Assembly: GCA_036785375.1 (NCBI GenBank)
Contig: JAWMAR010000535.1
Coordinates: forward strand, 310,001-374,000
From: Leucoraja ocellata
Lineage: Eukaryota
Direction of reading: 5' to 3'
DNA length: 64,000 nt
In this document: one piece after another, positions 1-11,870 of the stretch
Layout: every line of letters starts with the position of its first letter
Position numbering within the stretch: position 1 is the stretch's first letter
Notes under the pieces: model-generated
Told to the model about the DNA's origin: nothing
Seen by the model: the letters and a program-made list of their open reading frames with translations, nothing else
Databases searched by the model: none
Program-made: the position numbers and the translations under genes

Positions 1-28
1 CCCTCAACGTTCCTCCTCATAAAATACA

Positions 29-105
29 GATCAAACTTCAAACTGGTAAGTTCTCGTTTAATCTTACTATTTTACTTCGGAGTCACGTGAGTGACTACGT
101 GAAGA
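29..105 (-). repeat. Probable DIRS internal complementary region (ICR)
   Basis: 70-105 is an exact 36-bp reverse complement of 2265-2300, lies downstream of the YR ORF, and the match stops abruptly. The extent to about 29 is inferred. Confidence 0.6.
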
Positions 106-284
106 TTTCAAAGCTCTGTGACCTCATGCTGTGGAACGAGTCCATGCTTCGCAACTGCCTTGGGTATTGGGAGAGAGCATCATTAGTAATTTTAAAAACA
201 CACTTATACAAAGAGTTGTGTGGTATAACGAAAAAATATAAATTTTTTAATTGAAAATCATAGCCCTGTAACCTTTCGGGCAAA

Positions 285-737
285 TTATATTGTTGAACGT
301 AAAATGAATTCCGAACACGATGATGGCTCCAAAAACTGGTTTATTATAAAAAACCTTTGGAAAGTCCTTTCGGATGACCATCCTGCCATTCCGAGGATTT
401 GGTCTGTGGGTACCTCTAGAATTTTTGCTGCGGATGTTGCTGCAGCCCTGGTGGAATGAGAGTTAAAAACATTAGTGTCTATTCCTGCCATCTTTAGGAC
501 ATATTTGAGCCACCTTGATATAGTTTGGGTCGTGACCCTTTTGTGCGGTTTCTTGTAAGAGATTAACAACGCCATTTCCTGACCTCGAATGCTCTTAGTA
601 TATTCTATGTATAGTTGGATATGTCTTGCTATACACAGTCGTTCGTCATATGGATATACCATAAATTCAAACACTTGACCCGATGAACCTGGTCTGTTTT
701 GTTTTATTAAATCCTGTATGACAAACACCAGTTTCTC
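285..737 (-). pseudogene. DIRS-type tyrosine recombinase C-terminal fragment
   Basis: TISRWLK..L..AGI, HSTRAAATSAA (H-x-x-R) and AGWSSERTFQRF. The expected FYNKP with the catalytic Tyr is shifted out of frame in a T6 run (+348-353). Confidence 0.85.
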
Positions 738-879
738 GGGTCCACGCCTTCGGCGTCTCCGTACTTCTAGCGCCCTGGACCCATCTAATACTTTAACCAA
801 AGGATTAACAAACAGATTTTTATGAAAAAAACCCTATTTTTAGGTCTACACCATTTTCCCACATACCTATAATAAGGGT

Positions 880-958
880 CATAGTAACATAGAAAAAACA
901 TAGAAATTAGGTGCAGGAGCAGGCCATTCAGCCCCTCGAGCCTGCACCGCCACTCAAT
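880..958 (-). mobile_element. CR1 3' tail fragment embedded in DIRS copy 1
   Basis: Matches the CR1 3' end seen at 27905-27970 (GGCGGTGCAGGCTCGA..GAATGGCCT.CTCCTGCACCTAATTTCTATG). Confidence 0.8.
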
Positions 959-1762
959 TCAATGGGGTCCGTGGGGTTGTACCTGATTCGTCGGGATTTT
1001 GCTGTGTAGCCGGTCAAAACCGGCTCCAACGCTCTCAGCGCTCCTGGCTGCTCGTTTATCTCAGACCGCTGGGACCGACCCCGGTACTCACGGTACTGTT
1101 CCCTCGCAGTCGTTGCAGCCGGTCAACCCCACTCCAATGCCCTCAGTTCTGGGCGCTCCCGCTCTCTGTAACTTAAACCGCTGGGACCGACCCCGGTACT
1201 CACGGTACTGATCCCTCGCGGTCGTTTGCAGCCGGTCAACCCCACTCCAATGTCCTCATTTCTGTGAGCCTCGGCGCTGGCCGCTAGCGCTGCTTCAAAC
1301 CAGACTCGCTTCCAAAGCGACACTGGCATACTTTGTACTTGCGTCTTTGCTTTGCTGCCCACCCGGCCGAGAAGTGAATTTTTCCCCGGTGCGGGAGCGA
1401 AGTCGGGCACAGGTGTTTTCCTCTTCGGAAATCGGTGTGCCGTTGCTGCTCCTGCCGGCTGCCCGCACTCCACGGTTCTCCCCCGCCAGCTTTCTGCAGC
1501 CTTCATGGACCCGGTCCATGTCTCCACCTAAAAGGTAAGTGGAAGGAACGCAGAGTCTCTTACCTGCTGTTCCCGACTTTCAAATTCTCCCGCTGGTGAA
1601 CGTCGTTCCCTGCGTGTCAGATTCGAGCCGCTCGGACCGACCCCGGTGTTCACGGGACTGGTCCCTCGCGGCAGTTCCGCAGTCGGTAAAACCGGCTGTT
1701 CCCTCAGTACTGGCCGCTCCCGGCTGCTCGTAGGGACCCCTTGGACCAACCCCGGTGCTTAC

Positions 1763-1842
1763 CGTCTGAAGAAGGGTTTCGGCCCGAAACGTCCCCACTT
1801 CCTTTGCTCCATTGGTGCCGCTGCACCCGCTGAGCTTCTCCT
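1763..1842 (+). mobile_element. Penelope pLTR-derived fragment with hammerhead motif, inserted in DIRS copy 1
   Basis: CTGAAGAAGGGTTTCGGCCCGAAACGTC at 1766-1793; flanked by CCCCGGT(G/A)CTTAC at 1750-1762 and 1849-1861. Confidence 0.7.
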
Positions 1843-2539
1843 GTGTACCCCCGGTACTTACAGCACTGGTCCCTGCTTTCTGTCCTGCAGCCTCGGCGCT
1901 GGCCGCTAGCGACTGCTCCAAGCCAGACTCGCTTGAGCCTGGCATACGGGACGTCTTTGCTTCGCTTCCCGCCCGGTCGAGAAGTGAATTTTGCCAGTGC
2001 GGGAGCGAAGTCGGCACAGGTGTTTCTTCTCCTGGAAATCGGTGCCGTTGCTGCTGTTGCCGACTGCCCGCACTCCGCGGTTCTCCCCCGCCAGCTTTCC
2101 GCAGCCTTCATGGATCCGGTCCATGTCTCCACCTAAAAAGGTAAGTGGAAGGAACGCAGAGTCTCTTACCTGCTGTTCCCGACTTTCAAATTTTCCTGCC
2201 GTTCCCCCTGTGTGACTCGTTGCAATGCGTGTAGCGATATGACACGCATGCGTTGGAAGCGGGTTCTTCACGTAGTCACTCACGTGACTCCGAAGTAAAA
2301 TTGAATATATGCACTGGAAGAGTAGGTGAAGGGAAGACTTAGAAGCTTAATGATTGGTCATGAATAGCAGTATGAAGGCAGAAAATGGACAATGAGGAAC
2401 ACTTGGTGCAGTAGTGGAGTTGTAGCCTTACAGCAGCAGAGACCCGGGTTCGATCCTGACCACAGTGTGGTGTTTTTCTACACACCATGTGCAATTAAGC
2501 AACAAAGTAAAGAATATTATCCAGAAATAGTAAACTGCT

Positions 2540-2760
2540 CACACAGAGGGAAGTGGGTGTATAGAATGAGCTGCCATAGGAGATAGTTGAGGTAGGTAGT
2601 ACAACAACATTTAAAAGGCATTTGGACATGTACATGGACAGGAAAGGTTTGGAGGGATATGGGCAAAATGTGGGCAGGTGGGACTAGTATGGATGGGGTA
2701 GTTTAGTCGGTATGGGCAAGTTGGGCCAAAGAGCTGTTTCTGTGCTGTATAATTCTATGC
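2540..2760 (+). mobile_element. Old CR1 LINE 3' UTR fragment
   Basis: ACACAGAGGG..GAATGAGCTGCCA..TTGGGCCAAAG..GTTTCTGTGCTGTAT, as in other CR1 tails in this window. Confidence 0.65.
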
Positions 2761-2808
2761 TGGAATGTTGAAAAAGGGAGGAAGAGTGGAAAACCTTCCC
2801 TTAACGTC

Positions 2809-3656
2809 ATGGCGAGCGGCAGCCTCGCCAGCAGCCCGTCTGTGCCTTCAACTTTTTTTTGTTATTTTTAGTGCGTCTAAATGAATGATTTAACGTTTCT
2901 CTGTATTTCTAATGTGGGGGGTGGGGGGGGGGGGGGGGAGAGAATAGGGCGAAAGCGTTCACAGTCACTTACTTCGACAGAGATGCGACTTCTCTCCATG
3001 TCGTATCTTCGTCCCCCTCGCGGCCTAACAACTAGTTTGGTGCGGCCTTTCCAGACCGGAGACCAGCCCAGAGTTACAGCGTCAGGCTCGGCGTGGAATT
3101 ACCATCGCGGAGCCTGGGATCCTTTGCCAAGCGTCGCTAGTGTTGGAGCTCCGACCGCGGGGGTCTGCTGACTGCAGCGGTCTTCGGAGATTCTAGCCGA
3201 GGGCACCAGCTTACCATCGTGGAGCCTGGGATCCCTTGCCGGGGATCACCAGAAGAAGCTCCGACCACTGGCCCGTGGTCTTTAACATTGTGAAGCCGCG
3301 TTATCCAGTAAGAAGCGTCCGATTCGGAAACTCCAAACCACGCAGTGTCTTCATTTCCGTCTCGACATCGGAGTTTCGATCATCCCGACGAGAGGGCTTG
3401 TACATCGGGCTGTCCCTGGCAGCGACTGCGGAGGGTTCAAGACCCGACCAAAGGTGATGAAAGGAGGAAGATTGACTGAACTTTATCGCCTTCCATCACA
3501 GTGAGGAATGTTGATTCCACTGTGATGGATGTTTACGTTAATCTCTATCCTGTATTGTGTTATTTTTATTTGTTTGGCTGTATGGTAACTCAAATATCAC
3601 TGCACCTTAATTGGTGCATGTGACAATTAATGTGAACTTGAACTTGAACTTGAACC
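2809..3656 (+). mobile_element. Non-coding GC-rich retroposon with LINE-type 3' stem-loop and (AACTTG)n tail
   Basis: Ends with a TGCACC-TTAATT-GGTGCA stem, then TGTGACAAT and a repeat tail. Head and the GCCTTCCATCAC..GATGGATGTTTA block resemble 10297-11203 and 48464-48994. Confidence 0.6.
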
Positions 3657-4384
3657 TTTTGATCTCACGTATCGTGGAGGGGAAAATCCCTTCAACAAAT
3701 TTAAAGCAGCAGAGAAGGAGGTTGATCGTTTATGACAGAGTTCGGAAACCACACAACATTCCACTGCCACCATCAGCTAATTACAGCATGAATAATGGAT
3801 TGAGTAAAGCAAGTGAGTCCTGGAATTAAAGTCTATTACAACCTCTTTCTCTCTCTCAACGACAACGAGGAAAGGCCGTCATTTGTTCCAGCCTCTCGCC
3901 ACAGGTTCCCCCTCCCCCACCTCCATGTTTCAGTTTAAAGGCTTCTGACCCAAAACATCACCTATTCATTTTCTCCGGAGATGCTGCCTGATCAACAGTG
4001 CTGCACAAGCATTTTGTATCTATCCAGTAAGAATTTCATTGTTCTGTTTCAAGACATATGGCAATAAAACAATCTTCAATCTTGACTTTTTAATTAATAA
4101 AAACAAACAGATCTAGAATTACAGATTGAGAAATGAATAAAATTAGCAATGCAGCTTAATATGCCAATGAGCCTGTGAACAGAGCACGGGGGATCATTTC
4201 TACAGCAACAGACATAAGAAGTGAAGACGTTATAATTATGTGTATTCACTGTCAATTCACTGTCCGGCTCATTATATTATATAAAGAGACACTGAAGAAT
4301 GTGCCAAAAATATTTACAGGGCATATTCTAGAACTAGAAGGCACAGCCAGCAAGACAGAAGGAACAGCCAGGAATCCAGCTTCA

Positions 4385-5134
4385 TGGGCCTGTCCCACTT
4401 CGACGATTTTACCACCAACTGGAATGCTGACTGTCAGAATGGAACACACACACACTGTTTCCTTTACCAGCCCGTTATGCAGGCGGGGGACAGGGCAAGC
4501 GGGGGAAGCAGAGTCTAAAAAAAAAAATCACACGGTGCAAAGCCAAGGTGATCCAGACACACACCGCGATGAACAAGAAGGTTGGCGCTGTAGTTTAGAT
4601 GGCTAGCACAGTGTACGGTAAGTCCTTTAAAAGAGGGGGGGGGAGAAGTGGGTGAGAATGGAAGAGAAGGAGTAGAGACAACTTTTAATAAGCCAGAGAT
4701 AGATACACGGCTGTGAAGCTCGGCGGAAATTTAACATTACTGGTCTGTTATCCTTGGTTCTGAAAACTACTGCTTACCTTTTTTTTCCCAATGAGCCAAT
4801 GAAGTTCACCGGTCAGCACCGGCTCCAACCTATGAGAACCTCTGAGAACCTTCGACCTCCTAGCAACCCACTAGGACCTCCGGGTGACCCACCTACGGCA
4901 CGAGAATTCTCGCTACTCTCCATGGCGGCTTCAATCTAGTCGCCGCTACTTTTTCAACATGTTGAAAAATTCGTAGCGACCATAATCAGGCCGTGACTAG
5001 TTCCCAGAATGCGGGAACTCCTCGCTACCATGAAGGCGACTCCCCGGCAACTACCCATGAACATGTGGCGACCATGTGGTGACTGCATAGTCTCCTGCAG
5101 TCGCCTAAAAAGTTGCCATAGTGGGACAGGCCCA
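4385..5134. mobile_element. PIF/Harbinger-like MITE
   Basis: TIRs TGGGCCTGTCCCACT / AGTGGGACAGGCCCA with TCA/TTA flanks; internal sequence shared in inverted orientation with 39638-40136. Confidence 0.75.
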
Positions 5135-5674
5135 TTAAGAAAAGGAAGATTGAGGTCTTTTAAATAATGAAAGAACAAAGAAAAACTCAAAAGTTCCTTT
5201 GCATGATTTAGACTTTAGAAACACAGCGCTCTTTGACCTACCGAGTCCGTGCCGACCAGTGATCACCCCGTACAGTAGCACTATCCTACACACTAGAGGC
5301 AATTTACAATATTTTTACCAAAGACAATAAATCTACAAACCTGCACGTCAGAAGAGTCTCCTTCAGAAAACCATGCAGTTTGAGTTAGTCCCTCAAATAG
5401 CACATTTTAGCATTAATAAAGCTATTAGGAACTATTATCTTTCAGGCTAGTGAGGCTGAAAAACATGCAGTGGATTGCAGGCATTACACCTGTTGATGGT
5501 ATCTTGAGGAGTGTTATACCATTAAAAAAATGATTCGACCAATTGAAAACCATACCAAAACGACAAAAAGATTAATTCCTTCACAGGTACTTGGCTCTGA
5601 AATGAGTCCAATATTGCTGGGTTCCTAGTTAAGTAGATTTTCAACCGGACCCGACTGTTATCCACAGAATAAGG

Positions 5675-5960
5675 GGTGATATAGTGGTGCAGCAGTAGAG
5701 TTGCTGCCTTACAATGTCAGAGAACCTGGTTCAATCCTGATTATGGGTGCTATCTGTACGGAGTTTGTACATTCTCCCTGTGACTGCGTGTGTTTTCTCC
5801 GGGTGTTCTGGTTTCCTCCCACATTCCAAAGGCATGCAGGTTTGTAGGTTAATTGCCTTTGGTTAATTATCCCTAGTGCGTAGGATAGAACTACTGTACA
5901 TGGTTGAGTGAGCTGAAAGGCCTGTTTCCACGCTGTATCTCGAAATGAAACAAAACTAAA
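5675..5960 (+). mobile_element. HE1-like tRNA-derived V-SINE
   Basis: A-box-like TAGTGGTGCAGCAGTAG, B box GGTTCAATCC, V-core GGAGTTTGTACATTCTCCC..GGTTTCCTCCCACA, CR1-like tail. Confidence 0.85.
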
Positions 5961-5994
5961 AAGTGTAATGACACATTTTTCTTTACTCCCCCAG

Positions 5995-6324
5995 GTATTC
6001 AAACAAAAGAGCTTGAAAGTAGTGGGTCTGTAACTGCTGTAAAAGGCAGTTCTGCAGCATTACATTGTGCCTCTTCAAACAAAGATCTCAAACTGGTATT
6101 AGTTGAATGGGAGAAGTCCGAAAACAGAACGAAACTCGTTGTGTTCAACGCGGCCACAAACGCAACAACTCCCCACAGTGAACGAATAAAATTGGAAGTT
6201 AATGGACATCGATCCACGATCACAATCATAGGAGTTCAGCCAGCAGACAGTGGCTGGTACACCTGCATATTTCATACCTATCCAAACGGCAAAATAGAGG
6301 GCAAAGTACACTTGGATGTAAACG
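5995..6324 (+). CDS. TIGIT: IgV-domain exon of a TIGIT-like (nectin/PVR-binding family) receptor
   Basis: Acceptor tttttctttactcccccag, donor G|gtaatg, phase 1-1, open frame (G)IQTKELESSGSVTAVKGSSAALHCASSNKDLKLVLVEWEKSENRTKLVVFNAATNATTPHSERIKLEVNGHRSTITIIGVQPADSGWYTCIFHTYPNGKIEGKVHLDVN. It has the V-set C, W and D-x-G-x-Y-x-C; CIFHTYPNG parallels TIGIT CIYHTYPDG. The exon is well supported; the symbol is tentative. Confidence 0.75.
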
Positions 6325-7158
6325 GTAATGTTTTACAAAATATGTCAAATTTATGAACTGCTTTGAATGATGTAAAATTAAGCAATATTTAAATGGAGGT
6401 TTTCAAAATGGTGAATGGATACATTTATTCCAGAGAGCTCAGATAAATCTCAAATGGATACATTTTTATAATGATTAGAAATCCCAATTTGCTGAAAGAT
6501 TTTTCTTAAATACTCTCATCTGCCAATTATGGATCACGCTAATAGTGTTTATAAAAGTACCACAACTTTTTAATACAAAAGGTGGAAGTTATATGGAACT
6601 AGCTGCCAGAGTGGGCAGTTGAGTAGGTTGTTGTGTACTATTACAACATCTAAAAAACATTCGGACAGGTACATAGATAGGAGAGGTTTAGAAGGATGTG
6701 GGCCAAATGCAGGCAGGTGAGACTAATGTAGGTGGAGCACATTGGTAGGTGTTGGCTGGAAATCTGAAACATAAACAAAAAGTGCTTGAAATTCTCAACA
6801 AGTTAAGCAGCATCTGTGGATGGAGAAACAATATTAATGTTTCAGATTGAAAACCTTTCCGACTTAATGTTTCATGTTGACGGCCCTTAGGTAAAACTGA
6901 TGAAATGTTAATTGTTTCTTACTCCACAAAAGCTGCCTCACCTGCTGAATTACTCCAGCATTTTGAGTCTATCTTCAGCCATGTCCTTGATGGGTGAAAG
7001 AACAGGCCTTAGCAGCCCCATGGTCCATTCCATTTCTTGTACCACAACGTTTTTGAGGTGATTCATTCATTGAATCTGATCTTTGAAGTTGATCAATAAT
7101 AATATAATTCAGTGAATAATTTGAACATGCATTTGTAAACCTTTTTTGTTATTAACAG

Positions 7159-7215
7159 GGTATGACATAACTGCAAAGTACCATCTTAAGAAAAATATCT
7201 TAATATACCTTGCAG
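7159..7215 (+). CDS. Stalk/TM-start exon of the TIGIT-like gene
   Basis: Acceptor cttttttgttattaacag, donor CAG|gtgaga, 57 nt, phase 1-1, open frame (G)YDITAKYHLKKNILIYLA. Confidence 0.7.
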
Positions 7216-7772
7216 GTGAGAATTAAAACAAAACTCTGTCCATTATCCTCACAATTTCAGTATTAGTTTATAATCTTGAATTACTATTAATTTAATGTTG
7301 GTAGAATATTACAAAGAATCTGTAAAACATGTACAGGTTATGCTAGTTATGCAAATAGAAGTTACTACATAGCTTTTCAAATCCAGTTATACTAAACTTA
7401 TGTTATTTATTTTTATTATGTTATCCTAATGGTTATACAGTATTAATTTATCTTGCCCTTTAAGCTTTTATGCTTCAATGACTTCTGTACAATCAATTTG
7501 ATTTCACTTGAAATATCATGAATGCATTATCAACTACTTTTGGGCGGCTGTGGCTTTTAACCCAAATAATTTGAGCAGCTAATTTGCGGTGTCTTTAATG
7601 CTCTTAATCTTCATATAAAACGGGAAGCTCAACAGCAATTGGACTCGGGGAAGGATTGTCAATAACAAAATGCATCACATTGCAACAGTGCAAATGATAG
7701 TACACAAGGGCTGTGTAAATAGGGAACTGCAGCATCATTTTACAGCAATTGGTGTTCTTATTATTTCAACAG

Positions 7773-7841
7773 TTTCAATTGGTGCCATAGCAATTATTGT
7801 TGCTGTGTTGATTACATGGAAGTTGAAGAGAAAGTCTTCAG
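7773..7841 (+). CDS. Transmembrane exon of the TIGIT-like gene
   Basis: Acceptor gttcttattatttcaacag (alternative in-frame AG at 7744-7745), donor CAG|gtgagt. Spliced product gives ILIYLA|VSIGAIAIIVAVLITW followed by KLKRK stop-transfer. Confidence 0.8.
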
Positions 7842-8074
7842 GTGAGTCCTACGTGACTGCAAACATTTCCTTTCTGCTTAACTTCCTCTAAATTTAATTT
7901 CCAAACAGACATTATTATTTCACAATGCAAACAACTCCAATAACATGTCACAAACAAGGAGACTTGCTTCCCTGGACTAAAATGTAGAAAAATTGCCACA
8001 CGGCATTATTCCAACTTGCATAGGTTTTCTCTACCCCTTAAATTACAAAATTACATTTCCTCAAGGAAAAGGAC

Positions 8075-9845
8075 ATGGAGGATACTGAGATCAGTGTGGG
8101 ATATACCAATATGTTCGGACATTTGAAGATCAAGTAGATGGTGTTAGGTCTCTTAAAAAGCAAAAAGATGGATGAATCCCCAAGGCAGCAGCTGGGCTTG
8201 TATACTCTGGAATATAGGATGAGAGGGGATCTTATTGAAACACATAAGATTATAACCATATAACCATATAACCATATAACAATTACAGCACGGAAACAGG
8301 CCATCTCGGCCCTACAAGTCCGTGCCGAACAAATTTTTTTTTTCCCCTTAGTCCCACCTGCCTGCACTCATACCATAACCCTCCATTCCCTTCTCATCCA
8401 TATGCCTATCCAATTTATTTTTAAATGATACCAATGAACCTGCCTCCACCACTTCCACTGGGAGCTCATTCCACACCGCCACCACTCTCTGCGTAAAGAA
8501 GTTCCCCCTCATATTACCCCTAAACTTCTGTCCCTTAATTCTGAAATATGGATTATGAAGGGTTTGGACACGCTAAAGGCAGGAAACATGTTCCTGATGT
8601 TGGGCGAGTCCAGAACCAGGGGCCATAGTTTAAGAATAAGGGGTAAGCCATTTAGAATGGAGATGAGGAAACACTTTTTCACACAGAGAATTCTCTGCCT
8701 CAGAGGGCGGTGGAGGCCGGTTCACTGGATACTTTCAAGAGAGAGCTAGATGGGGCTCTTAAAGATAGCAGATAGTCAGGGGATATGGGGAGAAGGCAGG
8801 AACGGGGTACTGATTATAGATGATCAACCATGATCACATTGAATGGCGGTGCTGGCTTGAAGGGCCGAATGGCCTACTCCTGCACCTATTGTCTATTGGC
8901 ATGATGGCAAGAGTGTAGATTGTCAGGGCCTTGGTGAAGGTCTTTGTATCTACTCTAGCCAAGCAAGGTTATGGAGGGCTGGAGAAAAAAAAAGTGTAAT
9001 TTTGTTTAAGAGGGAAATTGAGATAATCCAGAAAATTATACGAGAGTCTCACAACAATGGAAGGGAAGTTATTGGAGAAGATTCTTAGGGATAGGATTAA
9101 CATGCATCTAGAAGAGAATTGGCTAATTAGGGACAGTCAGCATGCCTGTGTGTAAAACAGGACATGTCTTGCAAGCTTGATTGACTTTTTTGTAGAATTG
9201 AAGTAGGTGACTGTTGAGGGTAGGGCTGTGGATGTTGTCTACGTTTGACAAGGTCCCTCTTGGAAGGTTGATCTAGATGATTAAGATGCATGGTGCACAA
9301 TGACTTGATAGTTTGTATTCAGAACTGGCTTACTCATATAAAATGACGGAGGTTAGAAGTGGAAGAGTGTTATTCTGACTGTGTGACCTGTGTGTTCTGC
9401 AGGGAACAGTGCTGGGACCTCTGTTGTTTGTGCTATCTGTCTGTCTATCTGTCTAAGTGCGTGCGTGTGTGTGTGAGACTTGGACAAAAATGTAGATGGG
9501 CTGTTTAGCAAATTTGCAGGTGATTCAAAAATAGACAGTGAAGAAGGCCATCAAAGGATGCAACTGAATCTAGATCAGTTACAGATATGGGTGGAGAAAA
9601 GGCAGATTAAATTAACAGAGCCAAGAATGCAGTGCTGCCCACAGCAAATGGTAATGCCTGGAATGTGCTGCCAGAGTTGGTGGTGGAAGCAGAATAACAG
9701 GCATTTAAGAGATTTTTAGATAGGCACATGAATATGAAGGGGAGGAGGGATATGGATCATGTGCAGGCAGAAGGGATTAGTTTAATTTGGCGTCAGGTTT
9801 CGCACAGATATCATGAGCCAAAAAGCTTGTCCCTGTGCTGCACTC
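8075..9845 (+). mobile_element. Composite of CR1 LINE fragments, including a minus-strand CR1 tail at 8251-8545
   Basis: ORF2 remnants (SKFAGDSKI, GESRTRGHSLRIRG); the (TATAACCA)n-tailed antisense insert is flanked by GATTAT at 8248 and 8551. Confidence 0.8.
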
Positions 9846-10296
9846 TTCAAAGTGAATCTCATCTCTTTGTGGCACAATATAACATTTGGCTGTGTGCTTC
9901 CGGCTGAGTCAAGGCCACTGGTGCTAGTCTGCTGTGAATTGCATTTGCAAGCGCCCACTATTCCTTACAGACTAATATTTCAATCCCAGTTACATTTCAG
10001 ATGATAAACTTTGAATCAATGCATATCATGCTTCATAAATACAAGTATAAATTCAGATGTTTGCTAAATGTAGAGCATTCTATGGTCAGTTAAACAGCAT
10101 GGAAACAAGCTCTTTGGTCCAACGTGGTCAATGCGGACCAATGTTGCATCTGTCTGCGTTTGTCCAGTATCACTCCAAAACCATTCTATCTGTATACATG
10201 TCCAATTGTCTTTTAAAGTAGGTAATTGTACCCACCGTTAGCACTTCATCCAGCAGCTTGTGCCAAATACCCATCGCCCTTTGTGTGAAACAGTTA

Positions 10297-11203
10297 CAAG
10301 ATACAAGATACAAGATACATTTAATTGTCATTTGGACCCCTTGAGGTCCAAACGAAATGCCGTTTCTGCAGCCATACATTACAAACACATAGACCCAAGA
10401 CACAACATAATTTACATAAACATCCATCACATCGCTGTGATGGAAGGCCTAATAAACTTACCTCTCCACTGCACTCTCCCCTCCCCCGATGTCAGAGTCA
10501 AAGTCAAAGCCCCCGGCTGGCGATGGCAATTGTCCCGCGGCCATTAAAGCCACGCCGGGTGGTGCGAGGTCGCACACCGGGTCTTGGTGTTAGAGCCCCC
10601 GGCGTGCGCTCGCAGAGTCCCGCGGCCATTCCAAGCCGCGCGGGGCAGTGATGTTAGGCCCCGCTCCAGGAGCTCTTCGACCCCGCAACTCGGGCGGGGG
10701 AAGTCGCCGTTGCGAGAGCCCTGAAAAGCGGTCTCCCTCCAGGGAGCCGCGGGCTCCCGGTGCCGCCGTCCACAGACCTGCCGTTGGAGCCTCCGACTCT
10801 CCGGTAGCAGCAGCAGCAGCAGCAGCAGCAGCGGCAGCGGCAGCAGCAGCGGCAGCGGCAGCGGCAGCGCTCCTCCACCGCTCCACCCGCTCCAGTCTCG
10901 GCCAGCCCCGCGACGGCGACGGTGAGTCGTAGCACCAGAGTCCCCGGCTTCTTCCTGTTGGAGGCCGCTCCTCGTTGCGGCCCCAACGACAACGGAAACC
11001 CGACGAGAAAAGGTCGGGTCTCCAGTGCAGGGAGAGATTTAAAAAAGTTTCCCCCCCCCCCCCTCCCACCCCACCCCCGCCCCCCCACACACACACCCCA
11101 ACAAAAAAATAACAAAAACTACATTTAAACACAGACAGAAAATAATAAAACGCGGACAGACTGCAGAGGCCGCTGCTGACCAGAGTCGCGCCGCCCACCG
11201 GAC
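10297..11203 (-). mobile_element. Non-coding GC-rich retroposon with (TCTTGTA)n tail, inserted in a CR1 3' fragment
   Basis: Near-identical, inverted, to 48464-48994. GGACCTC-AAG-GGGTCC stem before the tail; internal (CAG/CGG)n at about 10808-10868. Confidence 0.7.
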
Positions 11204-11399
11204 GGTTGCACCCCCCCCCCCCCCCCCCCACATCCCATTAAATCTTTCCTTTCTCATCTAATTTTTGATTCCTCTACTCTGGGTAAAAGACAATGACCAT
11301 TCACCTTATCAATGCCCATCATGATTTTGTAAACCTCTGTAAGATCACCCCTCAGCCTTCTATATTTCAAGGGAAAAAATACCCAACCAAAGGGCACAA

Positions 11400-11870
11400 G
11401 GGCGACACAGTAGTGCAGCGGTAGAGTTGCAGCCTTACAGCGCCAGAGACCTGGGTTCGATCCTGACCACGGTTGCTGTTTGTACGTACTTCCTGGGACC
11501 ACTTGGGTTTTCTCCGGGCGTTCCGGTTTCCTCCCACATCCCACAGACGTACAGGTTAAGCCCCTGTCCCAATTAGGAAACCTGAACGGAAACCTCTGGA
11601 GACTTTGTGCCCCGCCCAAGGTTTCCGTGCAGTTCCCGGAGGTTGCAGGTGGTTGCCGGAGGTTGCAGGTAGTGGAAGCAGGTAGGGAGACTGACAAAAA
11701 CCTCCAGGGACCTCCGAGAACTGCACGGAAACCTTGGGTGGGGAGCAAAGTCTCCAGAGGTTTCTGGTCAGGTTTCCTAAGTGGGACAGGGGCATTAGGT
11801 TAATTGGCTTCTGTACATTGTCCCAATGGTGTAGGATAGAACTAGTGTACAGTTGATCATTGGTCAGCTA
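11400..11870 (+). mobile_element. HE1-like V-SINE interrupted by a MITE
   Basis: tRNA head with GGTTCGATCC and V-core; sequence resumes GGTTAATTGGCTTCTG after 11797. Confidence 0.8.
11559..11794. mobile_element. Palindromic PIF/Harbinger-like MITE
   Basis: Inverted arms of about 85 bp starting GCCCCTGTCCCA; TTA duplication at 11556-11558 and 11795-11797. Confidence 0.85.

Larger units (their letters stand above)
1..2300 (-). mobile_element. DIRS1-like tyrosine-recombinase retrotransposon, internally deleted; probably continues past position 1
   Basis: Left terminus at 2300 (minus: TTTTACTTCGGAGTCACGTGAGTGACTACGTGAAGA) is identical to 60396 onward, and its complement recurs at 70-105. The 5' region is joined directly to a YR C-terminus near 737. 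Confidence 0.88.

Noticed and set aside
5446-5586. Candidate leader exon for the TIGIT-like gene
   Set aside because: The ATG frames either stop or are hydrophilic and in the wrong phase; no signal peptide.
6141-6356. ORF-track 71-aa protein as a standalone gene
   Set aside because: It is the 3' part of the IgV exon read through into the intron.
10590-11231. Poly-alanine ORF
   Set aside because: A triplet expansion inside a dispersed repeat; the second copy at 48464-48994 lacks the tract.
11400-11470. tRNA gene (also 5675, 15560, 22411, 22652)
   Set aside because: A/B boxes run directly into the V-SINE core; these are SINE heads.
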